A stretch of DNA of 58,007 bases, filler included, from Platydemus manokwari (GCA_037951405.1; 4 parts of 4 records of this genome joined end to end with filler, not necessarily neighbours in it); one strand, 5' to 3'. Positions 13,795-26,047 are shown, counted from the whole stretch's first letter. Translations and numbers: made by a program. Notes: a model not told the origin generated them from the sequence alone.

Positions 13795-16150
13795 GGTAAC
13801 ACATCGATTAAAAACAATTGTGGATCTAAACTGCTTACTCGCAAATATTAGAAAATATTTTTGGAGGGAACGATATGTGACGTGTTCTCCTAAACAACCT
13901 TCAAAGGCTGTCTTTTTTAAACTATTCCGAGTTAGAGAGGTTTATCTAAGGTTGTTTTGCACGTTTGAAACAACATTCTTGAAATTTTGCATATGAATAG
14001 AAGAAACTAAAATGGAGTCTTTTGTAAAGCCATTTCGAATAGCAATCGTTTGCTGGTCAGCTGACACGATAACAAGAAGCTTCCATTATAGAAATTGATA
14101 ATCCTCTTGTGATGAAAAGTAAACACCTATCATTATCCTGTCTTAAACCATTTTGTTTAAACATTTTTGTATAACAGTGTCATTTGTTTCATGAAATTTT
14201 TCTACCTATATCGGGTGTGTATAAAATATAATTTATTGCCTTATGTTGGTGTCCCAATATGTCTTCATGACTGACTAAAATAATTTGTTTAGCAAAGATA
14301 TTTATTCATAAACATTGGTAATCGATGTATTCATACATTAAAATATGGGATGTACATGATTTTTTCCTTAAATTGTTCCATGGATCACAATTTGATAGTT
14401 CAATAATACAATGAATTCAATATTTCAATCAATTATGTCTCCGACTTCCAACCGTTGTGACGGAGATATCTTCTTTACTAATTTTTAAAGCTGCTTTTGT
14501 TGCTGTCCTCTTTTTATCCTTCATTGCAGTTAGTTTGCATTTATATTTGACTTTATACAAGCAAGAGCTGTTTTATTTATTATTTTCTTATTCATCTCTA
14601 GTTTCTTTAGAACTACTTAATTGAACTATGTTTGCAAAGTTCCAAAAATCATTACAACAAAAGCGAACAGTTCCACAGTTCAGTCGCATCGATTTTTTAA
14701 TCTCATTTCAGAGGTCTAAAAAATTTTCGATAATCTTTTGATCAGTTTCATCCATTAGGGCAGGTTTGTCCACAGAGTAGTTTATATCCATTATGATAGT
14801 CATAGATTTAGTAGTTGAAGATCCTTTCTTGGTTTGGATTCCGTGAATTGGCATTCTTTCTCCACGAGGACTCTTTAATACGCATTGATAGCAATTTCCT
14901 TGGCCAATATATTCATCGTTTTGTCGTGCCGGTAGAGTACAAAAGAGTGTGATGATTTACAGCATTTGAAAATGTGTATTTGCAATTCCGGTTCATACAA
15001 GCATGTCTGCATGTCATACATCTCGTAAACTTTTACTTCAGAGTGAGAAGGTTGTCTGTTTGTGCGCTATGAATAAATCTGAATTCAACAATAGAGATCC
15101 CTAATAAAAACTACCTTTGACCACATTGGACTAATAACACTTCAGTTGCTGTTAAACCATCCACTTCTGGTTTAATTAGTCTAGTTTAACTGGTATGATC
15201 GCTTAAAATATTGTTTCATTAATTTTTGTGTACATTGATCTTCTTTGATTTGTCTTAGCTTCCAATTTCATAACGAAAACCATTGATGATAAGGCTTTGT
15301 TGAACTTTGAACTTTATCTCACGGTTGATAAGAATGAAAGAAACCGTGGTACAAATTTTCTTTGAGACATATTTAATGATCTCTGTTATTTTGTCCAACG
15401 ATATTTTGCTCATTTCACTTGGTAGAATTGACTCATTCTAATACCTCTTCGATTGTTGTAACTTGGTTATTTAGTCCAGCATTTTTTGCGTAAGGGGTAT
15501 ATGGCTGCCATTTTAATAATATATTGTTTTCTTGTTAGTAGATAATACTCTTGAGGTTTTGATTACATGATATACTCCTCCGTCATGTTTCGTAGTCCAC
15601 AACAGCTATTTGGTTTGATAAATTTGATAAAGATAATTCAATGAGCAATATTTCGGTAAACCAATGATGATTTTCAGATATTTTCTTAAGATCACATCAA
15701 ACCGTAGCAGCCTAATAAACATGATATAGTAATTTCTCACTGAAAAACTCAAAGGTCCTCAGCTTCTGTCATTCCATATTTATTATTAGTCCTTTAGCAA
15801 TATTACGTAATAATACTCTTCTAGTCTGATTGTAGGAATTTTCTCCTTATACATCATGAATTTCTTCGTGTTAGTACTTGCTTTTAGATTTGAGGTTTGA
15901 AGTTGAACCCTATTTGGAACCTGTGAACCAATGTTTCGTTGATCATCAATTTGAGTCTATTTTTGTTTATCTCAGTAATTGTTAGCATAGACGTGACATG
16001 AAATTTGATGATCTGAAATTATACAGGCTCTCTTTTTTAATTATTTGTTTCATAATGTCTGTATTCAAGAATAATTTGAACTTTTTGCTGGAGGTATCGC
16101 ATGATGGAATTTTCATTCAGACTCATATGTTCAAGGACTGAGAATCTAGC
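13795..16150 (-). mobile_element. Decayed RLE-endonuclease non-LTR retrotransposon (R2/NeSL/R4-like group)
   Basis: Minus-strand frame fragments: ISCHVYANN (YADD-like); LRKYLKIIIGLPKYCSLNYLY and CGLRNMTEEY (thumb); TCRHAC/YEPELQIHIFKCCKSSHSFVLYRHDK (CCHC plus RHD); KPRKDL...IIMDI (PD..D-like); VELFAFVVMIFG..VLKKLEM (REL C-terminus). Also RT subdomain 1-3-like WKLL...SILVSS...AFEGCLGEH...FLIDV at 14090-13800. Many stops and frameshifts. Confidence 0.7.
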
Positions 16151-16353
16151 TTTAAATTATAATAATGGAATTATAATAATGTCTAAGAACCTCATTGAAC
16201 ATTGTCGATATTTTTCATACTGGGTCTTTCAAAAATGACTCAATACAAAAACTTGTGTTCTGCACGCCTATCATTTCAAAAACACACTTCGAATTAACTA
16301 AAAAATCAAAATTGTAATAATTATTATCATAATAATTTTAATAATGATCTAGA

Positions 16354-16730
16354 TGTTGTCAACAATGAAAATAATGAAATTAAAGGCAACCACTGCAATA
16401 AGTCAAAAACAAGGTTTAACACCAAGAAATTATCATGCTTTTAAGCCGGAACTTAAAAGAATACCATATGCCCAAAACTAGAATGAGACACTTGTATTCA
16501 AAATAATGAGTTTGTAGAGTCCATACGTAGAGTCGATCCGTAGTGCATGTACAGAACGCAGTCAAAATGCAAGGAAATGTGAAACATCGATAGATCATGT
16601 ACATTTTAACGAGTCTTTCCTAAAATTCAGGACAAACAACCAGTTACCAATGACCAACAGAATCAAAATGAATCAGCTTTTATAATACATGTTAGTAGCG
16701 GCTACGTCACTCGCTATTGATGTGTCAACA
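16354..16730 (-). mobile_element. Possible solo LTR
   Basis: Ends TGTTGTCA...TGTCAACA (imperfect inverted TG..CA), TATAAAAG on the minus strand, GC-richer than flanks. No clean TSD. Confidence 0.3.
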
Positions 16731-18767
16731 AAAGAACTCATGATTTGGATTTTCTTAACTTTTATTTAATAACAAATAAAACATTTTTCAAACAAATTTA
16801 TGGAGAGCTTTATCTTTTATTTTTAATCTCAATTAGGATTATGTATATAAATATTTATTTTGAAAAATTAAAATCAAATTAAAATTTAATTTTAAAATTT
16901 TAAAACATTTTATTTAAAGATATTAAATTTTATAATTTATTAATTTCTTTTAAATCGTAATTTGAAAGTTGTTATTTAAAATTATTTTAATTAATGCTCA
17001 CAGTACAAACCCATACACTTTGATGAGAGTACAGTAATTTGAATAAACTCGTCGAGTGGAAACCATACTACAAGGTTACAATACTCGCAAACGCCTGCCA
17101 GACTGTCAGCAGAGACAAAAATTTATAAATAAAGAAATATTTTTATTTTGAAAAACTTTTGTATTTAAAAATTCTATATTTAATGATCAGAAGGACACTT
17201 AACAAAGCATCACGAAGATAACCCTTTACTGAACCGAGGACAATATGTATCGTAGATTTCATGTTAAAAATATGTTGAAGTTCTGGCCCAACAAGTTACT
17301 TACAACAATTAATTCACATTGGAAAAAAAATATGTGTATACATTTGCATGACAATACGTACGAAATATCCATTAATTTTTATTATATGACTTTTTATTTA
17401 GTCAGCATGTATTTTTATGTTTTTACAACTCTTGGATTTTTTGCGCAAAATATCGATATTTATAATAATTATTATTCATATATACGTACAATAATAATAC
17501 CAATAAAATCACCAATAGCAAATCCATTGAAATTCCCTAAAATAAAAAAATAATTTATAAAATATTAGTACGCAATAAGATATCGCGCATTAACAGCGAC
17601 AAATAAATTGTCATCTATTTTCGCGCATGAAAATCATGTCACAGAATAAAAAAATCATTTGATTAAATTTAATCGAGAGATATTTTCTCTGTCTAATAAA
17701 TTTATTCAGAGAGGATTTTTGTCACTAGTGAATAAATTCGATCGATAAAATAACAAATTCACTGGAATTAGATTTAATCACAAGAAAATATCTGAAAGTG
17801 ATTCACACTGCCTCTATAAGACAGTAATCATAATCAACGCGGACACAATTTTACTGCCGTTATTTTCGGTGCCCGCAGTTCCACAGACGACATTATACTC
17901 CACATCAATTGGAGAAGGCACATTGTTTAAATTTCAATTTGACACACAATAGAAGATCATCTGGTGCAGAAGACCAATACTCCTGTATATGCCCGGCATT
18001 TGCTGGAAGACTCAAAGTAAGACCATGCCTGTAAAATACTTGTCTATAATATATACTGTATCATTTTATTCCTATTATCGAGTTTGTTGCTGAAAAAACC
18101 TCGAAGGTAACCGGGCTTGCTCCAAGAGAGTGGAGTTTATAAACCGTCAACTTAATCCAGGAGTCGTAAAGTTCGTCTTTAGTTTAATTTGATGTATAGA
18201 GTAGTTAAAAAATCAATTTCTAATTTTATTTTATTTTATGTCAATCAGTACTTGTATTGGTGTTATATTTAACAAACATGTGTAGCATAAAATTTTGGTT
18301 CTTGATTATATAGGGACTGTAAAGTCAATTATTCATAACCATTGTAATAAACACAGTTAATAGTTTAAATAGGGTTTAAGTATTTTGAGACTGATAATTA
18401 AGTTAATACGAATATATCGCTACTGCCACACCTGTGGTGTCTTCACTTAATGAGGCTGTGCGAGGTGAAGAACATCATTATAAGATAGATTACATCTGTG
18501 GCCTTAATCAAGAGCTCATATACACAAGTGATATCAAATAAGATTAATCTTAGTTTAACAATAAAATCAATAAAGCCCGAACTTAACAAATTTATGAATT
18601 ATTGAAATGGAATTTGAATTTGATAATGTTAGATTCATTGGAAAAGATTGGGACACAAGTCTGAAATAGCTGAACGACGATAGTCGTGATAAACGATAAG
18701 AAAAATTTTAATACTATTGCTACAGTGATTCGTTTGCTACTAAACTTACATTAAAACCAATCAATAT

Positions 18768-19290
18768 AAATGCTATTATTTGATTTGCTTGAGAGTAATG
18801 ACAATAATTGTTGATATTAATAATGTTATTTAAGAAACTGAACAAGATACAAAATAATAACAAAAATTGGAAAATTGCGAAACACATTACTCAAGCAGAT
18901 TGCTGCTAAATAACCGAAAGTTGGATATCGGAAAAAAGCACGTGGAGGAGACTGTTTTTATTAATAAGAAATTGATTTAATTAATGAATGTTTTAAAAAA
19001 TAGCTTCCATGGTGCTATGACTAAATATTGTTTGAAAGTTTCTCACTCTAAAAATCTCCTCCACAATTTTGCATGCTGTATCCCGATTCGTCATTTATCT
19101 TGGAATTGAGTTTTTTCTATGCATTTGCTTTCGTTCTTTGTTTTCCTCCGGATGAATCTATTTGAGTATCTACTTGGGAAATATTTCTTGTTCTTGTGCT
19201 ACTTGTTCAATTTTCGGTTTCATGAACGAATATTATTAATATCAAAAATTATTGTTATTACTCTCTAAGCAAATTAAATAATGGCATTGA
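18768..19290. repeat. ~520-bp imperfect palindrome (foldback/MITE or inverted duplication)
   Basis: ATGCTATTATTTGATTTGCTTGAGAGTAATGACAATAATTGTTGATATTAATAAT (18770) matches the reverse complement of 19232-19289. Inner GTGGAGGAGA (18942) pairs with TCTCCTCCAC (~19055). Confidence 0.75.
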
Positions 19291-19829
19291 TACCAGGACG
19301 AACAATCCTTGTTTCAACCATCAATTCAAAGAGCTTCAAATTTTCTGATAATTTAATTGATTTCAACGGTAACTTCATCATTATATGAGTTATTGAAACC
19401 CTCTAGAACCACTAAGAGTTAACATAAAACATCGTATCATAATATATATTTAATACTTTTATACATTATTAGTAATTCTCTTGTATCACGTGGTCCTTTA
19501 TTAAAACCGTAATGCACTAATGACAATAAGATCTAAATTTAATTATCTCAGTACTTTGAAGTTGATCTAGATAAAGGTATTATTAATGAGAATTTCAATG
19601 AAATATTTTACAGAAAAAAAGCTGAATGGCATTGATTCAAGCTTTATTAATCAATAATCACGACAATGACATAGTATAACATTATTTTATTTATGAAAAC
19701 GTAATCTGAAGCACAATAGAATCCTTTTATATCATTGATTGTCATTTCGTCTATCAGTAAATTGTATTTTTCATTCAAATACTTTGTCGTTGTTTTCATA
19801 TTGGTTTTATTTTCATATTGGAGATTTTA

Positions 19830-21227
19830 ATGAAATTTCATAAAATCGATATTTTTATTATTGTAACTTTGGCTGTACCGAAATTCTCTTTGGGTTTCAT
19901 CACTAGTTTGGTAATTCCGATCTTTCCAACATTGATTGCAATTTATTTTCCTTCGAACCAAACCTTAACAAGGTCAGATAACAATGAGACGAATTCTGAT
20001 ATACAAAACACCAATTTTAATTATCAGAAATTATCGATTTTATTTGCCATCAAATTTATTGTTCAAGTCGGTGCTGGTCCATTGTTGGGATATATTTGTG
20101 AAATACTTGGATCGATCAATATATTATTATTCGGTGCAATATCTCAAGGATTCACGATTTTTTTCTATGGGTTTGGAAATAAATTCTTTCTTTTGATTGT
20201 GGGTCGCATAATTGAAGGAATAGCAAATTCTGCTATAAATTGCGGAGTATTATCGTTTATTCCTTATCGTTACAATGAACATAAAACACAAGGTTTTGTG
20301 TATGGAGTAGTAGGATTGAGCCATTATATCGGAGCATCCTTAGGGCCGGCTTATGGTGGATATGTTTTTCAATATTATGGAAAAACTGTGGTATTTCTCG
20401 CATATTTTTCATGTATAATTTTGGAAACAATTTTTGTAATTTCTTTATTAGTGTATCTTCGTTTCATGGAGAAAAATTCATCCATTAAAAAGCCAAGATT
20501 ACATGAACCAATTAATATAGAAATAACTGATAGAACAAACATCGATATAAAAGAAGATAAGAACTGTCAAGAAACATTATTGGATGATGCTAATGAAAAA
20601 AATAATCCAGTATCAACTGATATCTCATTATCCACAAGGAAACATAATATATGGCAATTTCTTAAGGATCCGTATTTTCTAATTGGTGTGACATCAACAC
20701 CAGTGATTTTAATCACTATCCACATTTACATGGCCACACTTCCTCGATACATGAGAGAAAGGTTCAATTCAAGTGAATTTCAACAAGGTGTAATATGGTT
20801 GCTCAATATCGTTGGATATATTACTGGATTTTTTATTGGAAATGTTCTTAATAATAAATTCTCAAAAAGTCGACACATTGTTTTAATGATAACATTATAT
20901 CTTCAATCAACAGCATCTATTTGTATGGCTTTTCTACCGAATTGGTGGTCAATATCTTTCATTTTATGTTTCATCGTAAATCAACAATTACTTTTTGATA
21001 TAGTTTTGTCACCTATAATCGCTATCATTGTCGATAAGAGACATTATGGAAATTTCGGTATGATGGGTGGAATAATTGGAACATGCCATGCTCTGAACTT
21101 CTCGATCGGAAATTATTTAGGTCCAATTTTATACAGTAAAATTGGATTTATATATTTGAATGTGATTATTTTATTGTTCGGAATTGCATATGGACCTCTG
21201 TTATTGCTGTTTAAAAAATTCTTATAA
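19830..21227 (+). CDS. Intronless divergent SLC18 family MFS transporter, copy 2
   Basis: 465-aa ORF from ATG 19830, offset 8973 from copy 1. Differs at 9 residues, all within the first ~80 aa; the remainder appears nucleotide-identical. Confidence 0.9.
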   Translation: MKFHKIDIFIIVTLAVPKFSLGFITSLVIPIFPTLIAIYFPSNQTLTRSDNNETNSDIQNTNFNYQKLSILFAIKFIVQVGAGPLLGYICEILGSINILLFGAISQGFTIFFYGFGNKFFLLIVGRIIEGIANSAINCGVLSFIPYRYNEHKTQGFVYGVVGLSHYIGASLGPAYGGYVFQYYGKTVVFLAYFSCIILETIFVISLLVYLRFMEKNSSIKKPRLHEPINIEITDRTNIDIKEDKNCQETLLDDANEKNNPVSTDISLSTRKHNIWQFLKDPYFLIGVTSTPVILITIHIYMATLPRYMRERFNSSEFQQGVIWLLNIVGYITGFFIGNVLNNKFSKSRHIVLMITLYLQSTASICMAFLPNWWSISFILCFIVNQQLLFDIVLSPIIAIIVDKRHYGNFGMMGGIIGTCHALNFSIGNYLGPILYSKIGFIYLNVIILLFGIAYGPLLLLFKKFL

Positions 21228-22129
21228 TTCCTTTTATAAATAAAACAGACATTCAATTCTACTTGGCTTGATTTTATGATTTTGTTTCATCAATTATGAA
21301 TCAAATCATAATATTTTATAAGTAATTTTATTAGATTGCCGATCGATTATATTCAATATTATTTATTTCTATCAAATAATATAATATAACCCGTATCTAA
21401 CAATCTTACATCGACAATAATTTAATAACTCGGAATAAAAGTATTTATTTTGAATTAGTGTACAAATTTATTAGCATCTTTATGTAAATTTTAACTCATC
21501 TCAAATTATAATTTTAAAATCAGTTAGAAAATAATGATAATAAATCAGGTATAAAATAATAAATTTTTGAGTTGAATTGGCATCGAATGATCCATGAGTT
21601 GATGAATAGTTTGACCACACAGTAGATCCCTAAGCGAGCGTGAAATGAGCCCATGAAAAGAAGTGATATCGTATGAAGTTAGGTGTTGAACTAAGGCCTT
21701 CCGATTGGGAGAAGAAAAGGTCAAAAATGGAATGTTGGACTGAATAGGTTATCAGTCATCGGTGATGGTTTTTATATGCCTGTAATGCCAAGGTGCAACT
21801 GAAGGATGTTACTCTATGTATTTTAATAAAGTCGATAGAGTAGTTACACTGTTGTAAAATCCTTGACCGGATAAGTTTGTCCTTGAATTGAAAAATGACT
21901 CCAAGACTATGTTCATCGTTTTTCGCTTTGCCTATGTGGTAAAGTTAGAGGGGTAAATTGCCTTCTGTTTTACTTTGGGAAATATTTTTCAGCATCGGTT
22001 TTTCATTCATCAACTACTGGTCTCTGTATTGGGATAGAGTGTTGTGACGGACTGGAATTGGGATTCCTCCAATCTTTAGGTCAGTTAGATGGTGTTGCCA
22101 AACCTTGACGTTAGATTTTGTTACGTTTA

Positions 22130-23700
22130 AGCGCTATCTCGTCGTTATTAATGAAATTCGCGACTATCTGGGCAGATTAAAACACAGACTTGACTTTGAG
22201 GAATCGGAAATCACTCAACACAATTGGGCTCAATCTTTACAAGCAAACAGCCAAGTTCTTCGGTGGACCTATTGTTTGGATTATCGTCTGGGCGATATAC
22301 GAATCAAATGGAATATCACAATTATTAATCTAATTATAGAACCGTTTCAAAGAAGACCTTTGCTTCTATCATCCGTGACCAAAATCAAAGAATCGCGTCG
22401 GTTAAATACAGTGAGTTCAAAGCAAGTAATTTTAAAAAGTGCGACAATACGCAACACAATTTTAATGAACATTGTATCAACCTAATAACATCCCATTAAC
22501 ATCGATTTGAGATCAGATCATCAAAAATGCGCACAAAATTTTAAAATTATGAAATGATAACCTTGTAAATTCGTCCAAAATTTTTGAAAGACTACAGACA
22601 TAATACCGAGTCAGTCCAAATAATATAACCCTGTATCAGCAGACCAATGCCTTCCTATCGATAATAATTACTGTCTGCTATCGATGAAATTTGTCTCTTA
22701 TCAGTAAGATGTGCTGACCACTCTCTAGGCTCTCATAATAAACATAAAGATATTGCCGATCTTGTGGTCTTTGGAGCCTTCTTTGAATTGCTATACAAAC
22801 ATCCGGACACTAATAACAGTATCAGAAGGCCATAAAACTCATATTTACTCTTGTTCCAATACTTGCTGCAGTTAAATTGTTCAATCGATGATTTTACTAA
22901 ATCAATCAGTCTAAACTTTATAATCCTAAACCCCACTTCTTGAAAATATATGAAATTCAGCCAAGAAGCGCATTACTGGTCCAAACATCAGCAACCTCTC
23001 AATACACACCGAATATCTAGATGTCTATACTGTCAACAATATGCAATGTCTATTGATCACCTGTTCTTATCCGATCAAGCAAATGTCGAGCTCTCCAAAT
23101 GTACAAAAAGGCAGTCCCAAAAGGTTAAACACGGTACACTAAACGAGATTTACTAAACTCTACAATGCCGATGCAATTAATGCACGAACAACTCTGTCAA
23201 AGTTTTTTCCTGACTCCACACATACCTGTTTTCCAAGACGTTCTGTTATGCAAAGCAAATTATGCAATTCAGATTTCACAAGTGTATTTCATGCCCTGGA
23301 AAACATTAAATGCAACTGTGATTTCTGTAAAGATTAATTCCACAAAACAATGACCAGCTCATTCGGAATGACAGCCTATGAAATCATACTGCCGTTATCT
23401 GATTTATTGCGCAAATTGCGACCGTTGAAGGCACCGCAAAAAAACACGATCTCAGATTTCAAATGAATATCCTGTGATCTTGCATGACATGCTCCAAAAT
23501 TCTCCAAGCTGACATCAACAATTTAGGCTCAAAACAGCCTATTTGCATTACTACTCAAGCTCAATCTATACAAACTACCATCTCTCAATTATGTGCGAAA
23601 GATTCTGCCCAACCGAATAAAAGTTTAATACAACTTCAGTATTAAACGGTGTCAAAGACTGATAATGATTAACAAGGAAAAGCAATCTAATCCCATTTCA
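22130..23700 (+). pseudogene. Decayed PIF1-like superfamily-1 helicase (Helitron/Helentron or DNA-virus derived)
   Basis: Motif-like fragments in PIF1 order across shifting frames: AIDEICLLS (II, ~22680), LVVFGAFFEL (III), KLYNADAINARTTLSKFFP (A), KTLNATVISVKIN..SFGMT (B), QQFRLKTAY-CITTQAQ (V, ~23520-23560). Walker A and motif VI are not convincingly recognisable. Confidence 0.45.
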
Positions 23701-25451
23701 CTTCTCATACCATCCTAACTATTCTTCTAATCCATATCAGATTATTAGCATGATATTAACATATATGATGTGGCTCTAAATCAAACGACAACTGCCACAA
23801 TATCACAAACTCCCTATAGTATATCCGTTAATGAAGGAGTCTTGGACATCGAACTTCAGCCTCAATCGTAAATTCCAATCACATCGACCTACATTCTACA
23901 AACTGATCACATCCCTTTAAGGCAATTCCTGTCGAAACTGTATGGGGGGTTTTCAACAAAGTCACCATTCAAGCCTCTAATCGATGACCGAAATGCTCAA
24001 TGGCCAGTGTTATACATCACGTGAGTTGGTGTGCGAGTGTGCCTGTGGCACAAAAGACTGATCTTATTTCTAATATTACGCTTTTTCAAGCAGAGAATTT
24101 CACTAATTCGGTGTTTATTCGTGATTAGCTGAAGTGATTTGTCAAACATTTTGACCGATACTCATAATCCTGAATAAGCTCATACATTTTGGTTGACAGC
24201 ATAAGAACCATTTATGAATTTGTTTCGAACTATTAAGTTAATTTATGAGTGGTAATAACTAAATGATATTAGGTTATTGTGTACATAAACCATTGTTAGG
24301 TCTTGTAAAGGACTATATTAACACCAATAATTGGAGTCAATAGATGATAAAATAAATTACATCAATTGATTGGCTTTATAATATAATAAACCGAAATCAA
24401 TAGATAAGTTCTTTAGATTGATAGAATAATATATTTTAATCAGTACCAGCCATCATTAAAATCAAAATAATTTAGAATACTCAATCTAAAGGTTTAGAAT
24501 CATTGTTTCAATAACAATATTACCAAATGCAAATAATAATGATAGATTGTGACATTTAACGTGTCATACACCCTATGGAAAAAACCAGTGAGAGGATGTT
24601 GATTTTAGGTCTCTAAGTTATGCTTAACAAAATAGGATAAAATGTTTAAAAGAATTTGCTTATTGAAAGAAAATTTTATTAATATATTTAATTTGAATTA
24701 TAATAATCTGCAAAAATTTGGGCATGATAATCGATTATTGTTTAAAATTTTATTGAAGCCCTTTCACCAAACATCATCGATAATATTTTTTCGAATTTAC
24801 TTATGATTATGTGTTCGATTAATGGGATTTGTAAATTTCTAATAGGAATTATTAGTCGCTACCATTTAATAAAGAGCGCATTGGAAAAGAAAAGTGACGA
24901 CATCATTTATATTTTAATTCCAATCATTAAAACAAATTAATCTTTTATTTAAACAGGATAAATTTTAACTTATAATTGATTGGAAATAATCACAGGAATA
25001 ATATGCTCGAGAATTATTGTGCAGTAATATATGTACTGAGTTATGACCTACTATTTTGTTTAAATTAAAAGATTTGGCATTGGCGGTACAGGTCTTTATA
25101 TTATTTTTTTCATTTTTATTTTTTTGTTTTTATATACGCAAACACAAAGCTGCAAACCAAATATATTGATTGATTTAGTGTATTATTGGCAAATATTGAA
25201 CCTTGCCGGGTTTTCTTTGTTAGATAAAAAATATTTTATCAATACGTTTTGTTTATTTTGTATAAAATTTTAAGTACATCATTGATTCGTTAGTTTGTCA
25301 TTTCTCGTGTTTCGGAATTTCTTTGTCACTTTCTTGTTTAAATGTTTAAATCGAATGATTTATATTTGGTTTATATATTCGGGAACTTTTCATCAGACTT
25401 TATTCCAGTTATTCCATTGACCTGATCAATGTTTAATACCCTTATTGATTG

Positions 25452-26047
25452 TTCAAATTTAATTCTTATTTTATATAAAATCATATTTTTATATAATTAA
25501 ATTTATTTGTTTATATATTTGTATTTAAATAGATTTTTCGTGTCTTGACTTCTCAGTTCCTTTTAATGTGTGGTTTGTAAAATAAAAGTGGCTCACATGG
25601 TGACCATGCATCTGGATTCAATTCGGAAAAGGTCAATGACTGAAAATTATAGAAAAGAAGAAGGAAAATACTGAGACTATATTGAGAACATATGAAGAAG
25701 ATATAAGAAAGATAAAAGAAGTTGTAGAAAAGATAAATAAGGGATATAAAAGTAGAAATAAAATAAGATATAAACACATAGAAGAATTAGAGTTTTCGAG
25801 TAATGAAATATGTAGAGTATTCGATGCAGAGAAAATTAAAAAAATCCAAGATTTTAAAGAAAGGGAGATGTGAGATATTTTAAATGAATTAAATTTTTAA
25901 TTCAAATTTGATTCTAATTTAATATCAAATCATTTTCATATAAAATTAAATTTATTTGTTTATATATTTGTATATAAATAGATTTTGGGTGGCTTGACTT
26001 TTCAGTTCGTTTTTAATGTGTGGTTTTTATAATAATAGTGGCTAACA
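25452..26047 (+). mobile_element. TRIM-like miniature non-autonomous LTR element
   Basis: Direct repeats 25452-25597 (5'-eroded) and 25869-26047 (TGTGAG...GCTAACA). PBS TGGTGACCA at 25598; PPT AAAGAAAGGGAGA before the 3' LTR. The ~270-bp interior ends in EKIKKIQDFKERE, similar to the integrase end at 44.7 kb. Confidence 0.85.

Larger units (their letters stand above)
13300..17168. repeat. Inverted repeat pair of ~140-170 bp (13300-13470 and 17025-17168)
   Basis: The reverse complement of 17025-17168 aligns to 13300-13470: AAATACAA..GTTTTT.CAAAAT, TTTATAAATTTTTGTC...GCTGACA, GAGTATTGT..CCTTGTAGTA. Confidence 0.7.

Noticed and set aside
17830-18035. GC-richer patch with VPQTTLY (HTH_psq-like)
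   Set aside because: Too short, and no consistent frame or transposase context.
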